Assembly: GCA_013265495.1 (NCBI GenBank)
Contig: MU058781.1
Location: forward strand, 5,273,050 to 5,337,049
Source: Vicugna vicugna
Lineage: Eukaryota
Length of the DNA: 64,000 nucleotides
Direction: 5' to 3'
Below are positions 49,629 through 61,907 of the stretch, piece by piece. The notes under the pieces are model-generated. The model was not told where the DNA came from and did no database searches. It saw only the letters and a program-made list of their open reading frames with translations. How positions within the stretch are numbered: position 1 is the stretch's first letter; every line of letters begins with the position of its first letter. The position numbers and the translations under genes are program-made.

Positions 49629-50659
49629 CTCGAAAATAAATAAGGACAATAGACATTTTGGGTTGTTTGGCTGCACTTAAGAGCTGTTATGGCAGCCATC
49701 TAATATTCTTCAGATTCTATTTCCAAGGAACAGCTCTTATTTTTAAAATATGTTTTTGTCATCTTTAATAAGGCAGTCCTAAGTTTCCGATAATTAAACT
49801 GAAGTAGAAACTCTGATCTCCTTGTGAATTTGGGCTCCCTTGTTAAAGATGGTCTCTTCTATGTTGGAATTAATTGTATATTGAATTAGGGGGAGTCTAG
49901 TTAATTCATCAAGAGAAATTTAATTTCGTTGTTGACTTGAAACACCTGGGTCCTTAATCATGGCAGTCTAAATACACCTAAGCTAAGATCAAAACTTACA
50001 GCAGAAAAGGGAAAAATGAAACTGCCTATTTGTGAGATTAAGATGGACAGAACTAGATGCTGTTTACATAATTAAATGAAGTGTATGTGATCATCTCCAT
50101 GGTAACAGGTTATTGGGAGACATTCAGAGTAGGGGGAGATCAAAGGTTTCGTTTAATAGAAGGTTTGCATGTGGAGATATTAAAAAATCGAACAGAACTG
50201 TAATGTCTATAACATAAGGTATGAGAGCTAATATCCATAGTAGTAGAGCATGGCTTTAGTAGTGCTTATCAACTGAAAACTGCATTTTTCTTGAAAGGCA
50301 AGGTCAAGAAAAGTTCAGAAGGATCCTGGCAGGCTATAAGAAGTGCCCATAAGATTGGAGAACTGTTTTAAATCCTGGTGCTTTGTGTCAAGTGCGGTTG
50401 TCAACTCTGGCTCAATAGTACCCATCCTCACTATTCTATGATTCACGCAGACAGCCATGTTTCATTGCTTTGTACCCAGCTATAACCTTATGCAGCACTA
50501 GAGCTTCAAATTCAAGTTCACCCCACTCCACGTTAGGAAAGCACAGTAGATATTTATTTAGCACAACAGAACTCCACTTCTGTGAAGTGAATCGATGAAG
50601 CCAGGTAGCCGTGGGGGGAGTGCTATTTTCGGGCCATCTCCACAGTCACAGGGACTCAA

Positions 50660-51165
50660 TGATTGAAGTCAACAAATACTTAGTGAGGGTCCTCTAGGTG
50701 TCAGGCACTATTCTAGGCACATTTGTCAGTTGAACAAGACAGATTTAAAATTCCCACCCTAATAGGAGGATTATAGTCTAGTCAAAGGGAGATTAATAAT
50801 CAAGCCATCCTTTGTTCCATAAGCAAATATTCATTGAGCCCCTGTGCACCAGACACTGTTGTAGACACTGGGATACAGTAACAAACAAAACAGACAATGA
50901 TCCCTGTTTCATGGAGCTTACATGATAGTGGGAGGAGCCAGACAACAAACAAATGAGTAGATTATATATTAGGAGATAATACATGCTAAGGGAAAAAACA
51001 GAGCAGTATAAGGAGAAATAGAAATTTTCTCTAGAAAATTCTTTCTAGAATAGGGGGCAGGTGAGAAGTACAGGTTTAGATGGAGTAGCCAGGGTTAGCC
51101 TTACTGACAAGGGCACATTTGACTAAATCCCTTAGGGAGTGTTGGAGGATGCCACGAGACTATCT
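50660..51165 (-). mobile_element. Two adjacent L2 3' fragments
   Basis: caacaaatacttagtgag...gtgtcaggcactattctaggcac; gcaaatattcattgagc...tccctgtttcatggagcttaca. Confidence 0.8.
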
Positions 51166-51169
51166 GGGA

Positions 51170-51536
51170 CCTTGGGTGGGGACAGGCATGTAATCCAAGG
51201 TTGGCTAATCCAAGGTCTGTTGCTGGGATTTTTCAGCCAAAATTGACCAAAACCTACCATTTTTCCTCTGCTTCCAAAGCTGTAGAGAGAGAAGCCTGGA
51301 ACTGCTAAAGCCTCCTAGTTCATGAGAAAAATAATGAGTATGAAGTACAAAGACAGAGGGGCAATCAGTGGAGAACTTGGTCCCAGTGGGCTGGAGACTT
51401 TGGTTCCTGTGAGCCCTGAGGCCAACCCTATCTTGTCCCTTCAGCAGCTGGATTTTGTGAGCCAACATTTTCCTTCTTTTGCTTAAGCTAACTCCAGTTG
51501 GATTTCTGTGACTTATAAGCAGACAGTGTGACCACA
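51170..51536 (+). mobile_element. MaLR LTR (MLT1K/L-like)
   Basis: gtgagccaacattttccttctttt gcttaagcta...gttggatttctgtgactt. Confidence 0.65.
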
Positions 51537-51717
51537 TGAAAGGAAGCCAAGTTGCCTTTACCCAGGGGTAGAGGGAGCTGGGCTAGTTGTTGTATTCTTA
51601 CTAATACCCTAGAATCTGGACTTCCCTTGCGTCTTATTACTAGGAACTTATGCCACATTTATTCTCTGTAAAACCGAACCCAAATCTTTTCTTTATGTGG
51701 GCTTATCTTATGAACTT

Positions 51718-52253
51718 ATTTGCAAATGATATGGCTGATAAGGGATTAATATCCAACATATATATAAACAGCTCATACAACTCAACATAAAAAAAACCCA
51801 ATTAAAAATGGGCAGAAGTACTAAATAGACATTTTTCCAAAGAGGAAATGCAGATGGTCAACAGGCACATGAAAAGATGCTCAATATTGCTAATCATCAG
51901 GGAAATGTAATCAAAACTACAATGAGATATCACCTCACACCTGTCAGAATGGCTATCATCAAAAAGAACATGAATAACAAATACTGGCAAGGATGTGGAT
52001 TGAAGGGAACACTTGTACACTGTTGGTAGGATGGTAAATTGGTGCAGCCACAGTGGAAAACATTATGGAGATTTCTCAAAAAACTAAAATAGAACTGCCA
52101 TATGACCCATCAATTCCACTCCTGGATATATATCCAAAAAGCCCAAAAACACTAATTCGAAAAGATACGTGCACCCCAATGTTCACAGCAGCAATTATTT
52201 ACAATTGCCAAGATACGGAAACAACCTAAGTGTCCATCAACAGATGCATGGAT
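51718..52253 (+). mobile_element. Younger L1 ORF2 3' fragment, truncated at both ends
   Basis: acaggcacatgaaaagatgctcaa...cacctcacacctgtcagaatggct; closely similar to 27488-27800; stops at cagatgcatggat. Confidence 0.92.
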
Positions 52254-53064
52254 TGTTACGGCAGCCCTGGTGACCCAGTGTGGACCAGTCACGGATCTCA
52301 CTTCTCACAATGGACGTGTCAGTAACAACAAGATGGAAGGTGGGCATTTCTAGAGAGTGTGACCCGGGATGATAGGTTTAAAAAGAGTTGTTGACATCTT
52401 CCTGGGCAGATCCGGCTTTATGAGGGATGTTACTTGGGCCTCGTTGGGAAGGACAAGGCCAGAGGCCAGAGCACTTGGAAGGCTTCGCTGGCCACACAGG
52501 TGAGATGGCCCTGTCTCCCTGGGAGAGCACTGGGCTGCAGGGCTGCTGGGGTCTCTCCCTCATGTGCCCTGGTCACCTGGTCTCCATCAGTTCCTCTTCC
52601 TTGCTGGCTTGGGCTTTCTTCTTTGACTCTTAAGGTATTATTATTTTTTATTGTTTAAAAAAATCCTAATTCCTGCTGATACTAAGATACACAGAAGCAG
52701 TCCAAAATGGTGGTGGGGTGAACTTAAATGTGAGTCATACAATTGAATCTATTTTTAAAACCAAACAGATTTTTGGTCTCTCTCAGCTCTAAGCATGTGT
52801 TCTTCATATGAGCTTTCTGCCCAGATTTGCTCAGATTTATCCTTCCTTAAAACATATACCAGGGATATACCCTTCAAGGGTAAAACTCTGCTCTCTCTTT
52901 GAGACTCGCTGGACAACTTCCTGGCAGCCACCAGACTTTCAAACACCAATGACTGTTCCAAAAGAACACAGATGGCTCTCTGGACGGGCACGTCAGAGCA
53001 CCACTGTCTGTCTTCTATTCCACGAGTGTTGACTAAACTTCCAGTATAGACCTTACTGCTCCCA

Positions 53065-53075
53065 CCGCCATTTTG
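53065..53075 (-). promoter_or_regulatory. YY1 consensus motif
   Basis: ccgccattttg; motif match only. Confidence 0.3.
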
Positions 53076-54009
53076 TAAGGAGTCCAGAGGGTATGGTAAA
53101 AGGATGGGTTTGCCAATGCTTACATTGCCAATTGTAAAAGAGGCCAAATAGCTCAACAGATGCCTGGCATTAATCCTTTCAGATGTCACCTCATCCCAGC
53201 ACAGTCCACTAGGATCTCTGTAAAAGGACGTTCTGCTCCACTTTCAGCATCACAGCCTCAATCTCATCTTACTTCATCAGTTTTCCCATCTTCCCCTCCT
53301 GGTTTCACTAAGCTCTATGGCTCTGACACCCGCCCATCTCAAGACCTAACTGGAAAATACGTGGAATTGCCCCCCTCGCACTCTCCAATAACACTTTCTG
53401 TGCCCCTCAGTTCTGTCCGGGTTCACTAGCAGCTCCCCTGATGTCCACTCCTCTTAGGTATCATTAATGGCACTTCATAATACGTTCTTATTCTTCTTTC
53501 CCCTACCTTCTAAACTCTCCAATCCCATGACCCACTTCTGTGGACACGTGCTCTTTGGTAGCTCTGAGAAAGAGGAGGAAGTACCATTAGCAGAGGCTTG
53601 GCAGCCCGCAGAGGTGGTCCTCTCTCTGTGTGACTTCATTTCTTTCATGCTCTGAAAGGTCTGGCAGAATTTTTGTTGTGCACTAACAGGGTATGAATCA
53701 CTCCTTCCTTCCGTGTTTCACACATGTTTTTTTTTAATCACCTTAACCATCACAACTGAACTAAATTACTCATTCTCACTCCCTGTTAGGGAATGTCAAT
53801 GATTTCAGACTTTTTCCATCACCCAAAGGCCCTTAAGGGTCTTTGTGCAGGCTGGGTGAAATCCAGAACAGAAGAATGTTAATGCTTCGAGAACACCTAA
53901 TATAACTGCCTCATTCTCACACAGAGAGACTGAGGCTTGGTTGCATCAATGGCAAATCTTACTCTAGAACTTAACATTTTCTGAGCTTGCTCAGTGGCGA
54001 TTAGGAAAT

Positions 54010-54240
54010 ATCTGATGGTTTCAGAATCCTGGTCCTCTGTGCCCAAAGCCTGGCTCTTCTCCTGACAGCTGGGTGACCTTGGGCAAGCTCTCTCTTTAAA
54101 CCTCTGCTTCTCATCTGTAGTAAGAGAATATTATCCTGATAGTTACTTCAGAACGTTAGGATGTTAAGAGGGATAAATGGAATAACACCTCTAACGTGCC
54201 TATATGACTCCTGGTGCCTCAACAGATGGGAACTTACTCA
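54010..54240 (+). mobile_element. MIR SINE
   Basis: cagctgggtgaccttgggcaag...ttctcatctgtag. Confidence 0.65.
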
Positions 54241-54547
54241 CTTTCTACCAGTCCTCTCCCGTCCTGCATGCATCCCCTCCCACATGCACAATGAAGAGGG
54301 TTCTATGCTCTTCTTACTACTTTATACGGGCTTCCTAACATTTAATTGCTTAAATCAGTGGTGAAAGTTCTTGCTTTGGGGTCAGCATTCCAGATGGCAC
54401 ACTGATTAGCGAATGGCTACCCCTTAGGGGCCAAAGGAAGTTTCCCCTGTTGTACTTTATGAAGTAGTAGGCTCTGGGCTTTATTAGGAAATCTGGAATC
54501 AAATGCTCCTTGCTGAATAGGCTTTGAAGCCATTTGGACCTACATGC

Positions 54548-54800
54548 AAGAGGCAGTACGGTGCGGTGGATCAGAACATGGGCTCCAAGTCAAACAGACA
54601 TGACCTTGAGCCTCAGCTCTGCTTCTTACTGGCTGTATGGAGTTGGACAAGTTGTTTAACCTCTCTGTACTCACCTACTCATCTGCAAGAGGAGAATACA
54701 ACAATATCTTCCTTAGAGGTTGTTGGGAGAATTAAATGAGATAATGTACATAGGCCTGCTATTTGGTGGGTACTCAGCAGTGGTGGCTATCATTGGTATT
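54548..54800 (+). mobile_element. MIR SINE, near full length
   Basis: gaggcagtacggtgcggtgg...cagctctgcttcttactggctg...gttgttgggagaattaaatgagataatgt. Confidence 0.85.
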
Positions 54801-55009
54801 CTTATGTCTCTGTTAGAAGCTGACTCATAAGTCAAGTGTACTCTAAAGCTCAGAAAAAAAAAATCCATCCTTAACACTCTTAAGGATTTAAAGTTTCCAC
54901 TGGTTTAATCTGCCATTATTTTGAACTGTGCTGGATACCAGGATTAGAGAGAAATTTGAGACCATGCTCTCTGTCCACAAACATTGTAATCCACTTGGAC
55001 AAAAGACAG

Positions 55010-55190
55010 ATGATGCTTTACTTGATGAAAGGCTGGGTTCGCAGTCAGGAAACCTGAGTTCTAATCTTGGCTCTGTCATTAACAAATTGTGTGATATTCA
55101 GCAAATTGTTATTGGATTTGCTTCAGTTTTCTCAGCTATAATAGAGGTGGTTGAATGAGATATTCTTTAAGTAATTTTCCAGCATCAACA
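55010..55190 (+). mobile_element. MIR3-like SINE
   Basis: agtcaggaaacctgagttctaatcttggctctgtcattaac. Confidence 0.7.
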
Positions 55191-55224
55191 ATCATTCATA
55201 GATCCATACAATAGATTGATCTGT

Positions 55225-56415
55225 TTTGGGTGCTTGGTAAACAAAAAGTAAACAAAGTAGATAAAGCCCTGACCTCATGGAGGTTATATTACGGTATTAA
55301 GAGAAGGAAGGTAAACATAACCTGTAAGAAAGCATCTGGTATGTCAAATGGTGACAAAGGCCATGGAGAAAACACAGCGGGGATGGGGGAGAGAAAGTCT
55401 GGTACAGGTTGGGGAGTTGGCTGTAATTTTGAATAGCGAGGGCCTCAAAGAGAAGTTAACATTTCATCAAGTCCATACAAGACTGAAAGGAATCCAGCCG
55501 GGCGGCTACATGTGGGACATGCCTTACAGGCAGATGAGACAGGGAGATGTTGCAGGAGGAGCACACTTAGCATGGGCTGAAGAACAGAGAGAAGGTTAGT
55601 GTCACTGGAGCAAAGTGAAGGAAGAGGAGAGGAATCAGAGAAGTGACGAGGGAGGTCAGATCACAGGACCCTGAGGTCACTGTATAGATCCTGGGTCTCG
55701 CTCTCAGGGAAACGGCAGCCACTGGTGGGTTGAGCAGTGGAGTGCTATGGTCTGCCTTGTGTTCTAAAAGAATCCTTCCATGTACAGAATAGTCTATGGG
55801 GAAGCAAAGACACAGCAATAGTCAAGATGGAGCATGGCAGTGGCTTGGACCAGGGAACAGGCTGTGGAGGTGGTGAGAAGAGATAAATCTCAGGATATAT
55901 TTTGAAGGTAGAGCTGGGAGGATTTGCTTTTGGGTTGGGAGCTGAGTGTGAAAACAAAGAGATGAGTCAAGGACAGATCAAGAGTTCTTGGCTTTGGCCT
56001 GAGCAACAGGTAGGATGTAGTTGACGCTGAGTGAGACGGGGAATTCTGTAGACGGAGCAGGTCTGTGGGAGAAGATCAGGAGTCTGATTTGGGGAAAGTT
56101 ACGTTTGATACCTATTAGGCACCCCAGTAAGCAGCTTGACATATGAGTCTGGAGTCCAGGAGAGCGCTAAATCTTGAAGTTGTCACCTGACACCTGGTAT
56201 TTACAGCCGTGAGACTGGATGTAAGCATCAAGGGAATGACTGTAGATGCAGCAGAAAAGAAGCCCAAGTCCAAATCTGGAATCTCTGATGGTAAAGGGTC
56301 AGGGAGATGAGAAACCAGCAAAGGCTCCCAAAAAAGGAGACCCATGTGGTAGAAAAATATCCAGGGGGAGTATGGTGTCCCAGGAGTCAGGTGGACAAAG
56401 TATTCTAAGGAGTCT
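55225..56415 (-). mobile_element. Long L2 (L2a-like) fragment
   Basis: ccctgacctcatggag; tcaggatatattttgaaggtagagc; tggcctgagcaac; gagtctggagtccaggagag. Confidence 0.88.
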
Positions 56416-57199
56416 GTAATTCTAGGACATAAAACAGTCTGCAGAAGTGAGTGAAGGGTCACCAGAGGTCCATGCACAGGCTATTAGAAGCCATGGTCGC
56501 CTGAAGTTCCTGAGGGCCTAGGGCAGGGCTGGTGTTAGTCTCAGGTAGAGCAGAGGGTCTGGGCAGAACTTGTTTGTGGATTTATCCTTCAGCCTTTTTT
56601 CAGCAGCTTATACCTGGGACTGACAGTGTGCTCCTATGGTGAGGTGTGAGTCAGACAGCAGAATAGAATTTCAGGAAAGGAAAAAAAAATTACACTTTGA
56701 ATCAAAATTCATCTCCACTACAAGGTCTTTAATTTTTATTCCCGTGATTTTTTCACCCACACTTAATTATTTCTTGGTCAAAAACATGTTTCTGGATAGT
56801 GCCTACGAGGGTCAGCAGTTTCCCAAATTTGTCTGAAATGCTGAGTTTCAAGTTCGGAAAGTTGCGTCTCCTAGAAGGGCATCTGAAGATGAAAGTCAGC
56901 TTCTCTCCCCCTGAGCAGTGAATTATGTTGGCCTCTCTTATTATTCCCTCATTTTTAAGAAATGGAAACTCTTTCACAATGTTTAATGGGCTCTTCACAT
57001 GTTATTTCACGCACCGTTAACATAACTGGATAATAAAATTGGTGTTTAAAATACCCTCCTTATCCCACGTAAGGTGAGGAATATGCAGTGACCACGATTA
57101 ACCCAAGACAGAAGAAGAGGGCGGGAGCGAAGCCATCCGATGGGAAACAAGGACAGTTCTGAAGCGCAGGAAGTGGGTGCCCTGCCTGCCCGTCTGGGA

Positions 57200-57330
57200 G
57201 AAAATAATAGTGATTATAGCTATCTTTTAACAATCCACATGCACCCCCTTATTCCGTCTTCACATAAACCACATGAGGCAATAGTGTCCCCGTTTTCCTC
57301 AAGAGGAACTTCTCATTAAGTAGGTTGCTT
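57200..57330 (-). mobile_element. MIR fragment
   Basis: tcttcacataaaccacatgaggca...tccccgttttc. Confidence 0.45.
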
Positions 57331-57350
57331 AGATTCTGTCAGAAGGGGTG

Positions 57351-57690
57351 TGTTATGCACGGAATTGTGTTCCCCCCAAATTCATGTTAAGGTCCTAAAC
57401 CCCAGTACTTTACAGTGTGACGGTATTTGGAGGTACAGTTTGCAGAGGCACTTGGCCTTCCACGGGACAGCAGAAAAGTCACGCTGGAAGAGAGAGTGAC
57501 AGTGCGGCTCCCGATCAGGGAGGTAAAAGATAAGCTGCCCTGTGATGTCCGTTTTCTGTGAGGCCCTGCCTGGCTTCCTGCCCTTGGATCCCAGGAGGGT
57601 CTCTGTATCCTTGCAACAAGACCCCTTTACTCTGCCTAGATTGCATGGATTTGCCTTCCTTGCAACCAGATGACTGCCCACCGAATCAGC
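57351..57690 (+). mobile_element. MLT1A/B 5' end joined to the 3' end of an older LTR
   Basis: tgttatgcacggaattgtgttccccccaaattcatgttaaggtcctaaaccccagtac; later ttccttgcaaccaga. Confidence 0.6.
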
Positions 57691-58289
57691 CTCCAAGCCC
57701 AAGCTCTTTCCTGTAGGTACAGTGTGTTAGACGCCTTCTAGACAAATCTCCTGCAGCCCAGCGGCGTTCCTGAATGCACAGGTTCTCTCTTGTTCACTGC
57801 AGCTTTATTAATCCTTCACGTGTGTATTAGATGCTGCATTCACCAGGCTTTTCTGGGGAACCAGGAGGAGGTCAGGTCACAGAGTCCAGGAAGGGTGGAG
57901 CTGGAGGCAGTTGGGAGATGGCTGGCTGTCGACGGCGGGGTTTGCGATTAGCTCTAATGGCAGCCTGAGCTATGGTGACAGTGGTGGGACTGGAAAGGAG
58001 GAGATGTAGGCTGAAAGCATGGCTGGGATAGAGTCTATTCCACTGGTGGCTAAAGGAGGAGCCAGCATGACCCTGGGGTTCTAAGACCAGATTGAGCCAA
58101 TAATGGTGCCGATCACAGACATGTACATTGGAGAAGAGAAATATCAGGTTCCGAAGGGAACACAGTGCATTCTGACCCGTGTCCACCTGGCATGTCGCAC
58201 TGAGCTTCACCCTCCCTCCCTCTACCTCAGTTCTTTCTTCACCAGTATCATCACTACCAACCATCACACTTAGCCCTTCCATGATACAC

Positions 58290-58472
58290 CAGGGCAGATC
58301 TAGATTTTGTGCAGATTGAAGCTTGTACAACTTGAGGGACTCTTTGAGAGAGAGAGAGAAAAAAAAAGAACCCAAATTAGAAACAGGGTCTTGGAAGGGG
58401 GCTGTGGAAGCAAGGCGCCCTGAAGCTTGGGTTTCATATTTATATTATTCATATCATGGTGCGCCTCCTCTG
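58290..58472 (+). mobile_element. MER91A hAT-Tip100 MITE
   Basis: cagggcagatctagattttgtg...tgaagcttgtacaa...cagggtcttggaaggggg...gccctgaagctt. Confidence 0.8.
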
Positions 58473-59631
58473 AACATCATGCCAACTGTTAAACATGTTC
58501 ACTCACCTAAACTCAGGTTTATTTGGAGAACTCCCTGTTTTTCTCCTAATGGGAAGCTCCTGAAAAGCAAGGAGGATGCTTCCTCTCTGTGCCACGTGGC
58601 ACGTTCTTGGCTGATGTCTTGCTGTAACCAGCCCTGCCTAAAATCACACCTGGCATAGAATTATAAACTATTATAAACAATAAAAATTATTGTTTATTTT
58701 TATTAAAAACTTTCTAAGGTATTAAAATATATTTTTAAAGTGTTATGGCATAACATATAATAGAAAAATACTTTTACATACATTTGAATATCTGTACCAT
58801 TTTTCATTATTATTGAAGTTTCTCAAGGGCCAGTTGAGGCAAAAAGAAAATCTTTAAACCATCTGTGGGATATAATTTTCCCAGGAAAAACTTAAAAAAA
58901 AATGTAGAAATCCTTGAACCTAATAAGAGGGCTATGAGATGGCTCCAAAAGGACCCCTGGGCATAGAGAGGCTGAAAGGAGGAAGCAGTGTGGGACTGAC
59001 AACTGAAGACCAGTGGTGACAGTGGCAATGAATGCCTATGGGGAAGGCTGACAAAGGGAGACAGAGGGAGAAGGGAAATTCTAAAATAGTGGAGAAACCC
59101 GGGTGTAATTCGGTTTATCTAAATTTGGTCAAGAAAATGTTTTCTGCAATCAGGCAGAAGGTGAAGCTTGACATTACGATTAAATTCAGTTACAGGAATG
59201 AAAAACAGCTTCCATTTCTTGCTCACCCAAGTGTAAGTCTTGCAAATCTGTACCTGCTCTGTGCATGGGAACGATTACCACTTCTCACAGGCACCACCGG
59301 AGGGTGGTGGTGAGGATGATACCTTGAATGGGTATTTTTGCCCGAGGCCCTGGTTCTCTTACTGGAGATTGCTCTGAGCTGTCTCAAATGACTTGTTCAC
59401 TGATTTTCAAAGCTAGTCGAGTGCCTACTTTGCTTAGCAACATGCGCAGCATGTTGAGGGACAGATGCATATTAGATAAGATTCTTTCCTTCCGGAGTTC
59501 ACAATCTGGGAAGTTAAGACTAACTTTCACAAAATAGGAAACAACACAAGACTGAAATACTAGACAACAGAGTGTTAAGTGCCATTGGAGTTTAGAAGAT
59601 GATGTTGAATTGGAGGCTGGAATAATCTAGT

Positions 59632-59780
59632 CCCTTGCTGCTCAAAGCATGGTCCATGGACCAGCGCATGTGCATGAAATGCAGAATCTAAGGCACTACT
59701 CCAGACCTGCTGGATCAGAAGCTACATTTTAATGAGATCCTCAGTCCCTTGTACATGCTTTAAAGACTGAGAAGCAAACT
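59632..59780. mobile_element. MER5-family MITE (inside a degraded minus-strand L2, about 59420-59830)
   Basis: tgctgctcaaagcatggtccatggaccagc...gaaatgcagaatct...ccagacctgctggatcagaa. Confidence 0.75.
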
Positions 59781-60829
59781 AGAGAGTTGATTCAAGAGCT
59801 GAGCTTTAAAGAATGGGTAAGATTTGCTGAAGCTTAATATTTATTGGCGTTAGATTTCTTTAGGCCTAATATTTCCATTTCAGGCTTAGCATTAGGAATC
59901 CTCTCTGTAGCCTTGATGTCAAAAGCCCTTCTGATTAGTAAAAAGAGGGGGGAAAAAAAGAGGATAAAGAGGGGGAAAGGGATATTCATGCAGAAAGAAG
60001 ATGACATTCCAAAGAGTAAGGTCACTTGGAACAGCTAGTTAGCTAGATACGAAGACTGAAAACATAAGAATAAAACCCTGCCCGCTCTTCTGAAAGTAGA
60101 TCTTTGTGAGAAAACGTGTATTTGTAATCATCCTGTTCTGCGTTTGGTCACCCCAGCAGTATTCATGCTAGGATGTGTATAAGAAGCCTTCTTGGAAACA
60201 TCCGGACTTCTTACATTTAATCTCGTTTCTTATGGAATGTAATAGCTCACCTCAAAGACGTGCAGCATAAGTACCTCTCCAGGGTACCTAATTGGCATCT
60301 CTATTCCCTGAAGTTCTATAGAGCATGGGTTCTTTGGTTTGGTAGAATAAGTTTAAAAATTTATCTGTCTTCCCTGCCCTTGGCCAAAGGGAAATAAAAG
60401 TATTGGTGACTGCAAACTTGAAGATTTAGAGAGGCTTTCTTTTTTGTTGGATTTGTAGCCTGTTGTCTCCCCCCACAAGTGTCTTAGTTTGTCCCCAACC
60501 TCGTCCTTCCTGTCCTCCTCCTCCCTTTTCTTCTCTACCTCAACCCCCTCCTCTTCTTCCACATCTCCCTCCTTCCATCTGACCCCGCACTGTGGCTTCT
60601 TAAATCATCTCTCCTGCAGTCACGTTGCCCCCCACACATATGCTAACAGACTCCATTGCTGCAGTTGTTTTTCTCCCGAGGCTGCCATTTCCTTTGCTTC
60701 TCCAAAGCTCACATGTCACATTCCCAGCTGTTAGAAATTATCCCACATCTGGACCCCATAGCATTTCTGGTGTGCCTCTCTAGTGCCTCACAAGACTTTC
60801 AAAGCTGTAATACTGCTACGTGCATCTCC

Positions 60830-60972
60830 GTCTTGAATGTCTCTTTAGACTGTAAACTCCTTGAAAGCAAGGATTTTGGCTAAATAAGCTTTATATTCCC
60901 CACGACGTCTGGCAAGGGCAGGTACTTAGCAAAGAGCAGGTGTTTAACAAACCACTGTTGAATAAATAAATA
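60830..60972 (+). mobile_element. L2 3' tail
   Basis: tagactgtaaactccttgaaagcaagga...tgttgaataaataaa. Confidence 0.75.
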
Positions 60973-61079
60973 ATGATAGTTGGAAAGTTGAGCAAAAGAG
61001 ACCCTTGACAGAGTAAAAAAAAAAAGATGATAGATGTGAATGCTGAGGGGGGTGAAGGGGATGACTTGTATGTTTGGAA

Positions 61080-61409
61080 CAGGGGTCTGCAGATGTTTTC
61101 TGTAAAGGCCAGATAGTAAAATTTTAGGCTTTGTGTGCCACACAGTCTGACTCAACTACTCAGCTCTGCTGTTGTATTATGAAAGCAGCCACAGGCCATG
61201 TGTCGATGGATGGGTGTGGTTGTGTTCCAGCAAACTTTACTGATGGACACTGAATTTTGAACTTCATGTCATTTACAAGTGTCATGAAATACTATCCTTC
61301 TAAAACATTTTTTCCAGCCATTTAAACCTTTAAAAGCTATCATTATCTGCAGTCAGTACAAACACGGGGTGGGTGGATTTGGCTCCCAGGCCATAGTTTG
61401 CCAACCCCA
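61080..61409 (+). mobile_element. MER58B hAT-Charlie MITE
   Basis: caggggtctgcagatgttttctgtaaaggccagatagtaaa...ggccatagtttgccaacccc; degenerate TSD gtttggaa/atttagaa. Confidence 0.88.
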
Positions 61410-61439
61410 ATTTAGAACAATAATTAAAGTATTGCAATT

Positions 61440-61760
61440 AAAGAAGATTCACATCAAACTTTTTATGCTGGTCCAAAGGACAATGATTGAGTAAATTATG
61501 GTACAATCACTTACAAAATTCTTTGCAGCCAATTAAAATAATAAAGACTATTTAGCAACATGGAAAGTGCTATACAAATTGCGAGCTGAATAAAGCAGGC
61601 TGGAAAATTGTGTCTACCCTGATTATAATGATGTTGAATGAATCTTGAATAAACTATCTGCAAATTACGTATGCACAAAGGATTGCAAGGGGAAACGAAA
61701 GCTGTTTGGTTTGTATGAAGTTGGGACCGTGGGTAATTTGTTTTTCCCTAAATGTGAATA
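61440..61760 (+). mobile_element. Ancient L1 3' fragment
   Basis: gattgagtaaattatggtaca...tgcagccaattaaaat...caacatggaaag. Confidence 0.55.
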
Positions 61761-61907
61761 TCAAGCTTCCTTCTAATTCACAGGTTCTATGATGCCATTA
61801 CCATGGACATTTAGCTCAATTAGTTCATCAAGCGAGCTCCCTTTGCAGACAAAGAAGGGAGAGGACACGATTTAGAGTGGTCCGAGGTCAGGAGAGTTTT
61901 AGGCAGC

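Noticed and set aside
57872..58375. 167-aa minus-strand ORF
   Set aside because: It starts within MER91A and has no recognisable homology.
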